From assembly GCA_013115125.1 (NCBI GenBank), contig JABANN010000168.1, forward strand, positions 1 to 58,332: 58,332 bases of DNA. Direction: 5' to 3'. Of the stretch, positions 12,401-23,294 are shown piece by piece. The DNA comes from Perkinsus olseni (Eukaryota). The stretch's first letter is position 1; each line of letters begins with the position of its first letter. A program made the translations under genes and the position numbers. Below the pieces are notes generated by a model that worked only from the letters and a program-made list of their open reading frames with translations, was not told where the DNA came from and ran no database searches.

Positions 12401-12614
12401 GCAGGCTCCACGAATACTGTGGAGGAAAGGGTCTGAGATATATACGTACATTCTGAGGAGTGTTAGAACGCCAACTCACCAAAGTGAGACTGTCGAAAGT
12501 CGCGAGACCTATGGACGTTCCCTCAGTGCCGTCCTTAACGACGGCGCATAGCGACTTGCAAGGAGCTCTCATAGCTCCATCCTGCTCCACGCTACGGCGG
12601 TCAGTAGAGGGCAT
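6408..12614 (-). CDS. MSH2: DNA mismatch repair protein MSH2 (MutS family), multi-exon, apparently starting at the connector domain
   Basis: Spliced exons give [19 protein letters not shown]...[35 protein letters not shown], Walker [22 protein letters not shown]...GVSTFMAEM, Walker [20 protein letters not shown] and [13 protein letters not shown]. Stop TGA at 6408-6410; first in-frame ATG at 12614. Confidence 0.92.
8298..8884. mobile_element. 587-bp non-autonomous hAT-like DNA transposon (MITE) inside an MSH2 intron
   Basis: 14-bp TIRs CAGGGTGGCCGAAA / TTTCAGCCACCCTG (1 mismatch); exact 8-bp TSD CAAACCAA at 8290-8297 and 8885-8892; subterminal CCCGGGAA and GGGGAAGGGAAGA repeats. The flanking exons splice to [15 protein letters not shown]. 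Confidence 0.9.
10323..12321 (+). mobile_element. ~2-kb intronic insertion with a decayed tyrosine-recombinase-like reading frame
   Basis: MSH2 intron 2 (10294-12351) is 2058 nt versus the usual ~50 nt. ACTAC is directly repeated at 10318-10322 and 12322-12326. Frameshifted plus-strand motifs AMIRP (10742-10756), GTHSF (11256-11270) and ...[10 protein letters not shown](W) (to 11347) resemble the YR catalytic boxes. Confidence 0.5.
11631..11663. repeat. Perfect 16-bp inverted repeat with a 1-nt spacer
   Basis: CTGTGCTCCGTCACTC-A-GAGTGACGGAGCACAG. Confidence 0.95.
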
Positions 12615-12889
12615 GTCCTTCAATGAACAGCAGTTCCCCACGGATTGAACCGATGTCGCGACTTTCAGTGTCACTGGTTGAGCCCTCAGAGGCTCTGAGT
12701 CAGAGCGAGTGATACCCCAAAGGAGGGGAATACCCTCAGGGTAACCAATTCAGCGTTCTGCGTGCTACTCGGATACAGTCAGACTCATACGGCAGCCGTC
12801 TCTCAGCTCCCAGTGATTGAATGAACTCAGACTCCAGAAAGGCAATGAAACTATAACTATATCAGACACACGTTTTACTTAAGAGAAGA

Positions 12890-14756
12890 TTAGCCTCCGA
12901 GTGAGGGAGCTCGAAGGCTGTAGAAGCTCGAGCTCGAAGCAAGCCGCTGATCTGGTAGGCTCCACAATGGCGATGGCTCGTAGGCCGCATCGTAATCCTC
13001 CCCGCCAGCGACCTCAGGCCCCAATGGTGCGTTCGATGGCACTGATCGGGTCACGTCTGCGGACAGTGACCGAGACGGCTTGAGCATGCGAGTCACTGCC
13101 GGGAAAGCCATTGGCACCACCTGTAGTAATTTCGTACTCTCCTGACCGGCCTCCTCAACCCATACAATAACCAATCTCGTAGTAACACTGCAAGCTGCCG
13201 CCGAGAGATCACTGGACAGATCGCTCTCCCGTACAGGAGCGAAATCGAGAGCCGCCACTCTCAGGCCCTGCCTGGGCGCTGGGACAGTGCCGAGTAGGTC
13301 CACATTGGAGGCCCCCTGCCCCTCAATGACTTGCGATAGAGGCGGAAGAACTTCATAAACCCTGACTTCAGAACCACCGTCGCTCACCGCTAGCCTCTGA
13401 CCGGTCGATGGGCAGAGGGCGCTGTATGTGGCAGAGATAAGATCGCCACTGAAGTCGTAGACTTTGGGTAGAGTCGGGGTCTGTCCGCCAAAGACCCACG
13501 ATGCTGAGCCGACACCCCATTTGCCCTCACCTTCATCGAGACGAGGCCATATAAGCTCCGCCAGTCTATTACCCGAAGACACGTAGAGTCTTTCAGAATC
13601 CAACGGCCAGTGGAGCCTCCCCGTGCTAGAGTTCACACGGCCCGATGTGGCCTGGACGACAGTACAGCACTCTCCTGTAGAGACGTCCCAGGTTCGAATC
13701 TCCCCATTGGCATATCGCACCGCCAACAAATCCGAACAGGACTTCGCTGAGCACCAGGCCATAGAAGTGACCTCAGCAGTCCTCAGGCGCCTCAGAACAA
13801 GTGGGGTCGCTGCTGACGTTCCCACTGTAGCCGACTCCCAAACCAGCACTACGTTCGAGTACCCCACTGCTAGCAGAGAGCCATCCCTCGGTGAGTACTC
13901 TATGACAGAGGGCGCGAGAGGTAGACTGCGATTCGCTGTAATCTGCCAATCTTCGTGGATGCCGGAGAGAGAGGTGACGATGAAACCGGATACAGTACCG
14001 AGAGCTATCGTAAGAGGGCAAGGCGACGGAGCGAAGGCCACACAGCTTCCTGACAGGGAAGCTACTGTCTTTCTCTTAAGGAATGACCGACGAACTAGTA
14101 GTAGCGAGCGATTCGCCCTTACCCGTGAGTCGAGGAGTCTTCCTCGGCAAGGCCAAGCTGAAGACTTTGTGCTGGCTCCTGTCGATCAAGGTAACCTCTC
14201 CTTTCGGGGAGACCACAACACTGTAGGGTGCAGACGGATGCGAACAGCAATGCCATTGAGGGCTCATGGCTTCCGGTGATATCTACAACACACTTTGCGA
14301 TACCATTAAAGCACCAAATCTTACCCGAGGGGCTCTCAAAAACCACGACGTAACGGCGTAGTCGGCAGAGAGTTGGTCCAGCGTGCTCCAGGGGGCCAGC
14401 ACGTCATTGGCAAGGAACTGCAGGGGTCCCATAAGCGGCGCCGAGAGATTTTTCTCAACTACCTCTCCAACAGTTCCCCATTGTCGCAGTCTCTCCAACA
14501 GTCCAACAGCCCTTCCCTCAGCGGCGGTGTTAGTGGCAGCGAGCGTGGATGCGCTCAAGGAAGGAAGTGCCCCACCGTGCTCGTCCGCGGTCAGTGATGC
14601 TAGCCAAGCCTCAGCACTACAGCTACTTGCCTGACACTCACAGGAGAATCAACGAGCACTCTGAGGGCCGAGCAGGCAGTACTCCGACGGAGTCCAAGTC
14701 GTGACGTATTCTTCCCTCACTCTCGTAGCTGAGCTGGTCCTTCTGGCAACCTCCAT
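12890..14756 (-). CDS. WD40 beta-propeller protein, aladin (AAAS nucleoporin)-like; 5' exons uncertain
   Basis: A 383-aa terminal ORF with WD-like blades (LLAVGYSNVVLVWE; VTSMAWC...GEIRTWDVSTGECCTV), plus upstream exons at 14076-14756. Confidence 0.6.
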
Positions 14757-15313
14757 TGCAATCATCTGAGTTATATACACAATGCGAACTCTTTCAGACA
14801 CTGAATGATCATCATTAATTGCTGGAAAACGCTTACCACTACGTACCAATTCGAGAATTACTCTTCACACGATACAGGTTACTCACTGGGGCAGGAAACA
14901 TCAAAAGCTGCAAGCGACGATGCAAGAGGCCGAGCTCTAGCCCTCTTAGTACCGTCAGTATTATCCTCTCCAGCGGATACCGAGCTAGACCATCCAGTGC
15001 TCTTCCGACGGAACGTATTGGGACTGAGGGTAGGCGGGGTAGAGGAGGCACGCCGTCGCCCATGCTCGTCCCTTCCCGACCGAATTGGTGACAGAGAGGG
15101 CGATGCCAACATGGCTGGACAGACCCAGAGACTGCAGAAAAGAGTCCATTCCGGAGAATATCCCTCCTATTGAGTCACTAAGGCAAAAAGCTGCGCAAAC
15201 TCTCAAGACAATTATTAATGGTGACACTGTGTCAGGCCATGCTCCATTCAATGGCTGATCGCCAGTCAAACGTCAAAAACGGTGCAGTCAACTGAGAATC
15301 TCCTCTCGGCCTG

Positions 15314-16958
15314 TCAACTAAGAGGCCGTCCAACGGGGAAGGCCATGTACTGGGCAGCATTGTGATCCAAGTGGTGGAGGGATATGCTCCCTAGCAAACG
15401 CTCTGGCATATCCTCCTCCTCTTGGGACTCTACCTGAGCGAACGGCTGCTGCAGTAAGACCGGGGTCGGGCTCCGTGAGCCATAAAAACCCTGGATAGGA
15501 TTCTCCCTATCGTTTCATTGGAGGTGCTAACACTATTACTCCCCAATCTACACTAGCCCATAATCGCGAGAAATCTCGTCCCGGGTACTACCAGATATCC
15601 CACGTCCAATACCACATCTCTGAAACGGTCTTTCACTTGGGAAAGCGTCGTCCGCGCCACCAAGGACCATTTTCGCACGTCATAGTCGATCTCTACGTAC
15701 CGATAGGGCCTAGTGCCTGAGGGAGCGGTAGAGCAGAGGTCAGAGGCGAGGTGCCGACCTTCGAGAATAGTCGCGCTGCCTGTAATAAGGGCAGGTTTAC
15801 CGTTGTACTTTTCTATAATACTCAGGGCGGGTAAATTGGGGAGACTCGTGAGGTTTTGAACCCTACCGATAACCTTGAAGGGAAGACTCCGATCGGATAC
15901 ACCTGAGAGCTTAAACCGATCGGGCCAGTGCGGCGCATTGAGGGACGACCTCTGTCTAGTAGGTTGAGCCACAAGCGTACTGAAGCCGGAACGTCGGTGT
16001 CGTTGGGACGCGAGGACCTGGCAACACTGCATCTGTTAAAATTGCTCAGCAAGCAGGGAACAACGCCCCCCCCCTATCCAGCGGCTTTGAAGACTAGCCG
16101 ATTTTCCATCAGAGGTTTACTAATTTTCGTTATTCATTTCGGCTGGGCAGCAACCACCATCTCACCAGGAAGCCATCTCCCGCGTGATCACGAAGTAGAC
16201 GATGAGACTGTAGCCAGGGTCAGGCTTCTGTGCTGCGAAGGGGTTGAAAGACGGGCCTTCGCCAGGCACTTGCGCGTTCACTACGAGCAATGCTGGCGCT
16301 CGGCACTGGGCCGTGTACCTGCGAGTCGCCTTTAGACGATACCCGGGATACCGGACTACCATGGTGGGGGTGTAGGGAAGTTCATATGCCGTGCAACGTC
16401 CGACAGGATATCATCTCCCCTTAGTAGATCAGCCCCAATAGGTTCATACAGCGCTGGAAGGCTAGGCTCCTTGTTGCCAGTACGGGCGTAGTCCGGACCA
16501 CACCTCACACTGAAATGGCAGGCGTCTCTGGTGGACCACGCTGTTGTGACATAGGGAGTATCCGGTAGGTGGAGCGGCAGGGAGGTGCCCATGTTATGAG
16601 AGATAGTAAGTAGGGGGTCAGGAGCCGGTATCCACCGCTGAGAATCGCCCGTTTGCTCCGCAGTGACATAGGACACTTCGCTGACGGCACGGGAGAGAGG
16701 AGTGCCGAAGTCCCTCGGGATGAGCGTGATATCCTTCGGATCTGCGAAGCTCCCTGGTCGAGGTAAGATGCCAACGCTGAAGACCGAATGGTAGGCTGCA
16801 GCACTGCCTAGAGACGATCGTCTATGAGAGCTGGCAGGGGAAGAAACGTCAGCGTCCTCCCACAGACCGCTGTCGGTGGACCTCCGCCGCTTGTCGAATC
16901 GGTACGAAGCAGAAACAGATACCTTCTGACAGAGAGCACAGCATCCACAGGAGGTCAT
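15314..16958 (-). CDS. EDR2 C-terminal (DUF1336) domain protein, multi-exon
   Basis: FSVRCGPDYARTGNKEPS...YEPIGADL, RFK.IGRV, YNGKPALI, YVEIDYDV and LDVGYLVESQEEEDMPERLLG are the characteristic motifs. Stop at 15314-15316; start uncertain. Confidence 0.8.
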
Positions 16959-17305
16959 TCAACAAGAGGAGAACTGAGTGATGTAGAGAACGCGGTGAGC
17001 AGAGCCGGTGGCCTCTTGAATCCAGCTATTCACAATAGGCCCCCCGCCCTCTTTCTGCCTGCCAGTGTCCGGTCGACCGATCGATCACCTGTGAGAGATG
17101 CAAGATCACTGTAAGGGCCTCCCTTAATACGCTGGTTGCAGTAATACGGGCAGTGTCGGGACCTAGAGGAGGACTACACAGAACGAACAAGGTTGGCCGG
17201 GACGTTGGTCGGCTCTGACGCATAATTCCGGGCGCGCGCTTTTTCCCGCGACAGATTCTCTTTAAACTTTCGTTGTCGTCGTGGTCGTGGTTTATCCTCC
17301 CGAAG

Positions 17306-18972
17306 ATGAACAATGCCAGTGCAAGCTCCGGCGGCAAGGAGGAGACGGCTAAGGTCCTACTGATGGGCCGAGCAGGGGCAGGGAAGACCAGTATGCGGTC
17401 TATCATATTCGCCAACTACCTCGGTACGACGGGGCCTCGACTTTGAGACGCCGCATAGACGGTCGTGAAAATCGTGAACAGAAGGACTGAATTTTTCATT
17501 GGCATAAACTTAACTGTGGCTCAGCGATCGCTTTCGGTCATCTTGATTCTCTCGACGTCTCTCTTTTTCAGCCCGCGAGACCACTCGTCTCCATCCGACC
17601 AATCAGGTGGGGGAGCAAGCGTATCTTTTGGCTCCATGAGTTTCTGGGGTCGACCTCGCTTTAGGTGGAGCATAGCCATTTGAGATTCCTCGGGAATATG
17701 ACCTTATCGTTGTGGGACTGCGGAGGGCAAGACGTATTCATGGAAAACTACTTCGAAAGCCAGAAGGATCATATTTTCCGCAATGTAGTACCATCCCAAT
17801 CGTAGCTCGTGATAAGTCAAGCCGTCTCTCGACAATTCTTCCTGTGATTCGAAACTGATCGTACCGCTAATTATCGCCGCATACAGCGGGGCATCATTCA
17901 GTCTGTCGTAGTAGAGGCATGCTGTAGGTGCGCGTGATGATATACGTTGTTGCCCTCGCTGGTAACGACCAAAGGGATGCTGAACAACAGAAGGAGATCA
18001 CCTACTTCAAAAACTCGATGGAGTCTTTGCGGTCTTTGTCGAAGAGTGCTCATGTACTACACCGGAGCAGCCTCGCGACGTTTCATGAGTGTTTCTTTGG
18101 CGGGTGCAGGTGTACGTTCTTCTCCATAAGTTCGATTTGGTCCCGGAGAACGAGCGAGAGGCTCGATTCAAATAGTAGGCGTCGTTGTAGTTGTAACAGT
18201 TTCCGCCACTGATGTGCAGTTACTCGGAGCTGCTCTCTCCCTATTTCGCTGGGATGACGACTCAGATCTTCCAGACCAGCATTTGGGACGAAACGCTCTA
18301 CCGGTGAGTCCGGTGATTAGGGAAAAAGTTGGTATGAATAATGTACAGGGCATGGTCGGAGATCGCGCATTCTTTGATCCCCAATATGGACGAGCTGCAG
18401 AGGGAGCTGGCGAATTTCGCTAGTGCTGTTGAAGCTGACGAGGTGACCGAAATGCGTTGCAGGATGGCGACGCGAATGACCAACTCAGGTGGTGTTGTTC
18501 GAGAAGTCGACCTTCCTGGTCATCGCCAATCACACTACGAAACAGATGGCGGATCCTCACCGCTTCGAGAAGGTATCCAATATCGTTAAGCAGTTCAAGC
18601 TGAGCGTCAAGTGAGTTTGTTGTTGAGTCAATTGATCTTCGGACGCTGTTCCATCGCCTTCAGCAAGCATCACGCAGCCTTCAACTCCTTGGACGTCTCC
18701 AACTCCAACTTTCGGGCCATCATCGATCGCTTCACCCCGAACACGTTTGTGATGGTGGTGACTTCTGATCCGAACATTCGTGAGCTCCCATTTAGCGTCA
18801 GTGCTGGGAAATGCGCATCTCTTCTCAGATCCGGCAGCCACAACCTGCAACATTAATGCAGCTCGTAGCCACTTCCTTGCGGTGAGAGAAAGGGGGGATT
18901 CAACGTGTTCCGACTCAACGGTTTCTCCTTCAGCTGGCGGCCGAAGACAAGGGCATCGGGCTGCATCTCTGA
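17306..18972 (+). CDS. RRAGA: Ras-related GTP-binding protein RagA/Gtr1, multi-exon
   Basis: [78 protein letters not shown] and [10 protein letters not shown]; ends [12 protein letters not shown]. Confidence 0.95.
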
Positions 18973-19116
18973 CCAAAGGAAAAGAGCTCGTGTAGTATTG
19001 CTGGTGATGTTATCGTTGGGTAAATGAGGGCAGAGCGTATTAGAATGTTTCAATTCTGCGACAGAGAGTGTAGAGTTGGACCAATGACAGCGGCCTGGGC
19101 GTAGTTTTGGCAGGCG

Positions 19117-21392
19117 ATGCTGTCGGCGGATCGGAGGGCTATATATGCATCTCGCTTCTTGAGCCCACCGGGGTTCATGAAGCGGCTCAAACAGCGAGGG
19201 AAGCCTCGGAATACCGGTGAGAGATTGTGGGGAGAGGGGAGGGGAGATGGAGATTTTAGGACCGTTCGAGAACCCAGTACGACGTTTTGTGCGGCTGCGA
19301 GAGAAGGCTCGAGAGTTCTCGCGGATGCCGCCTCCCCGACGGATACCCTTGGCCAAGGCTCCCAGGTACCGGCCGATGATGCTCAAGGAAGTTGAGGGCG
19401 TGCCACAAGTGAGTCCAACGACTATGTTGGGGCCCGCCACTGAGGCTGTTGCCATGGGTAGCAGCTGGTGAAAATAGGTTGTCCTATTTGCATGCACCTA
19501 ATTCCGCTGACCGTTCGATTCAGTTGAATCAGAAAGTGACTTAGTCTAGGATTTCTTGAACTAGCTATAATTTTATCGACCTCCCCTGAATCCACACGCG
19601 ATTTCTGGATAGCAAGTGATTCACTTGAGCCGTAGGGCTGCCTACGTGAGAGGGTGGTGCCTCCGTAGGTCTCCCCATTAGCCCTCGAGAAGCGGTTGGA
19701 ATTTTTACTGTCCGAGGCTGCTGTGAAGCAGCAGCTGGCGGAGCCTCTCAGGTGAGATAAGCGGTTAAAGTAGTTGTAGAGCACTCTGCTGGAGTAGGGT
19801 GGGCTACACGCCTTATGTGGTGGAACGGTTGGCCTGGGAGAGGCAGATGAGGGACTTGCGGAAGATTTATCGGGCACAGTAGGGTCTCCTCTCACAGCAG
19901 CAGCAGAGGACAGTTGTATCTGTTGTCTTACTTCCACGTCGCGTTTCGTCGGTAGCTGCGACGGGCTCTCCTTGACGCTTTCAGATACCTACAAAAACTA
20001 GATGAGGTGACTAGAGAGGAGCAACAGAGGGAGATCGCTCTGTACAAGGCAGAGAAAAAAGAACGGTGGGAGAAGCGGCAAGCCCGGATACAGGCTATCA
20101 GTAAGCCCCCTGCATCGAGGTGTATCCTCGTGTTCGGTGAATGCTCCTTCACCTTTTTCACGTGCAGCATTAGGCCGGAAGTGGTACCGTCCGGTTTTCA
20201 GGTATGGACCAGAAGAGGCGAGCTGTCCTGAAGGATCGGCTGCGGATAGAAGCTCGGGTTAACGAGGCGATTGAGATGACGCGGCACTCCAAGTTGAAAG
20301 TGAAGCGAATGCTCTTCTTGCAAAAGCTGCAGGACAGAGCGCGGTACATCACGGACCAGAACTTGGATGCACGGTTGCCCGACTCGGACCCGACTGATCC
20401 TCAAGCGAAGGTCGGAGATATCTAACCGTTTCACATATCTTCGGGGCCGAGATATCTCGACGTTTCACGTATCTTTGCTTTCGAATATCTTACCGTTTCG
20501 TGGATGAGTCATTTCTATCATCTCTATGTCCAAGTGATAGGTCTTCTTGTATTCCCTCTGCAATTTAGGCGGCTCCCCTCCGAGGTGACCCTAAGGCGAT
20601 CAAGGAGAATCCGGAAGCCATCAGCTTGCTTAATAGGGATGTCAACACTGAGCTGCTTCTTCGACAAATCGGCGGCGCAGCGGAGTTTCCGAGGAATCGC
20701 AACCGGCGTATCCACCCGACGGCCAATGTCTTCCGAGAAGCAATGGAGCTTTCCTATGACGTCCTGCCGGAGGATGATGATCTTGAAGCTGTTGATGATG
20801 AAGCGGCTGATGAGGTGATGGTGAGCTGTTATGGAACGAAGTCTTGACTGTGTTTGTGTTAGCCTGACGCCCTCGGGTTGACAAGAGCCCTCTCGAATCA
20901 GCAGAGAGCGGATCTGTACTACGGCAACTTGACGGGCGAAGAGAAGCTTGAGATTATTGAGAACAAGATAAGCATGCTGCAGGAGAAGCAGAAGAGGGAG
21001 GAGGAGGCGAAGGGTAGGTCAAGGCCCACCTCATGCGTGTTACCCCAACTTCCTGGGGACTAGCGCAGTCGAGCCCAGGGGACTCTCTGGTGGTGGGTAT
21101 CAGTAAGCTTCAACCCGTTGAATGCTCCCCGTGTATGTGAGAGTCGAAGGAAGTTGTGAATCGCTAAGGGCTGATGGTTGGCTATAGGATGATGTATTCA
21201 TAGTGATACGGGGCCTTGTATTATATCAACCTAGTTCGGGACCTTGATGATTGTGTTGCTCCTGCTGTAGGGAGCGCTGACATCCTCACTACGAAGATGT
21301 TGGACTTGCTCACAGCAGCGAAGGTCGCGTACTTGGAAGCGGCGACAGTGAACCAGATGAAAAAGGGGATCGATAGAGATGATGAACAGTGA
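19117..21392 (+). CDS. Basic/coiled-coil protein, possibly mitochondrial ribosomal protein mS26-like, multi-exon
   Basis: Arg-rich N-terminus resembling a transit peptide; coiled coil followed by LQKLQDRARYITDQNLDA (resembles the mS26 FITxENLxA motif); ends KKGIDRDDEQ*. Exon structure only partly resolved. Confidence 0.4.
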
Positions 21393-21429
21393 CATCTCTC
21401 CATGTTCCGGTGTGCTTGTTTCGAGCGTT

Positions 21430-22164
21430 TCATGTTCCCGCGGAGACAAGTTGTGTTGCCTCCGGGCTCCACGTTCCTGTAGACGCTCTGTCCGGCTTTC
21501 GCATGACTACTGCAGTGAGAGTAGATGAGCCGAGTCCTTCGCACCCTCTGCGCCAGGGGTCGTGCGAGATGGCTGTGGTAAGGGGTTCACCCGTCTGAGG
21601 TGTCATCATGTTGTGGTACAGGTAACGGTGGAAACGCGCACTGGGAAGATTTTGACCACGGCCGGCCCGGTATCTTTCGACTGGGCTCGGCCACATCACC
21701 TTGGAGTTGATAGCTGCCGAATAAGATTGAGTGGGCGGACAGTAACTAAGCATCGGCAGACCGCGTGCCCTCCACAGGCGGTCCGTTTCGAGTAGTTGTT
21801 CAAGATAAGAGTGATCTTGGTGGAGCCAAGGTGGACCCTGACTTCTGCGACTGGGCCTCTTCTGGCATGAAAGCCATTGAGATCGACGTAAGAAATCCAT
21901 CATCCTCTACAAAGTGGAAGTCACAGCAGCCACACGTTCTGGTTTGTTCTAGTCCGAACTCAGCTGTGTTGTCTGCAGATATGTGAAGCGCCTGATGATT
22001 TCTTTGACGGCTTGCATTCCTTCCTGGTCTACGCAGGAGGCCGTCACCGTCTTTCCTGGGACCCCTGTGGAGCTGCCGAGAGCAACTTCCTCGATCATTT
22101 TTGCGACGCTTTGGACACTTTGTGTCTGCGACTCGCGGATAAGGCGGTTTGCTGTGTCTTCCAA
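21430..22164 (-). CDS. Hypothetical protein, probably spliced
   Basis: Successive plausible minus-strand frames (MEDTANRLIRE...; ...RYLYHNMMTPQTGEPL...); no family recognised. Confidence 0.25.
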
Positions 22165-22346
22165 TGGTGAGCATCACGGTCGAGTAGCTCTTGGCTCAGT
22201 ATCGCTAGCACTATGGGCCTTGTACACTCTGTTCTACCTCCCGTGCTGGGAAACCTTCATATCTCTAGTGCTTACGCAGTGCATGGAAGTCAACGGTAGA
22301 AGTAGCTTTCCTCTCCTAAAGTTCGGTCGTTTTCAGGGCTGATAGA

Positions 22347-22862
22347 GTGGCCGAAGCGTTCGGAGCTGATGATCTGACTCCGGCTCCCACTTCCGTGCGG
22401 TCAATTGGCACTGACGCCAAGGAGGAGGTGGAAACCGCAGCGAGCACCAGCAGCAGTTCGAGAGAACAGCGCAGTGACGAGAGCGATACGGATGATGCTG
22501 TTTTAGTGAGTAGGAAGGAGTCCACGCCAACCCTAACGGACTCCGAAGTGTGGCAAGATTGCACAACGCTGAACACTGCTGACACGTACCTCTCGACCAC
22601 TGGCGATGTGTCAACTGGTGATGGCAGAGAGAGCGTCACCGAGGCTGCTCCCGGTTCCCGTGCTGAAGCGAGAGAGCTTGTGACACGCACGATCGGTCTG
22701 GGTCTGATGATGACACCGATAATGATGGATGGTGGCAGTGAGGATGATGTACAAGCAGTCTTGGTTGATTGCGATGTCTCCAGCGAGTTCTGCGAGGTTG
22801 ACCCTATAGGAGAGTGTGATAGCGATACTGACTCTGATTGTGAATCATGGGTTGCTCTGTAA
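22347..22862 (+). CDS. Hypothetical acidic Ser/Thr/Asp-rich protein (terminal exon)
   Basis: 171-codon open frame with biased acidic composition; no family recognised. Confidence 0.3.
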   Translation: MAEAFGADDLTPAPTSVRSIGTDAKEEVETAASTSSSSREQRSDESDTDDAVLVSRKESTPTLTDSEVWQDCTTLNTADTYLSTTGDVSTGDGRESVTEAAPGSRAEARELVTRTIGLGLMMTPIMMDGGSEDDVQAVLVDCDVSSEFCEVDPIGECDSDTDSDCESWVAL

Positions 22863-23294
22863 TGGGGAGGTGGCGGCTGCTGTAGGACCCTCTCTATGAA
22901 GGGCTGGCATGTTATTATAGTAGGCGAGGGCGATTTCAGCCTTGTTCTTAGGAGAACGATTAATTTGTTGCTTTTGCCCGAGATTTAGCGGCAGAATTGT
23001 CCCAAGAATTGCTTCGAGTTCAGTGAATGTCAATCATGGTCTGTTCCGAAGTCATGTCTTCATCGCCCGTTCGCAGTAGAGTTTCCGATTTTTCGATTTT
23101 CGATTGGAATGATTTTCCACGTGGAATGACAGGGGGCAACTCCATGGAGATCGTCGTGGCCTACGGCTATCGCATGCCTTGTCATCAGTGAGCGGCTGTT
23201 GCTCTTCGCGACTGCATTCCGCTCTCGCTTCGCGACACTTTGCCGGTGCTGTGTGAGTTTTCTTAGTGAGTTTAGCGGTGTTCGCATCACTACT

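Noticed and set aside
13623-14279. Long plus-strand ORFs opposite real genes (also 33354-33938 and within 39-43 kb)
   Set aside because: These are antisense shadows of GC-rich coding sequence with no motifs.
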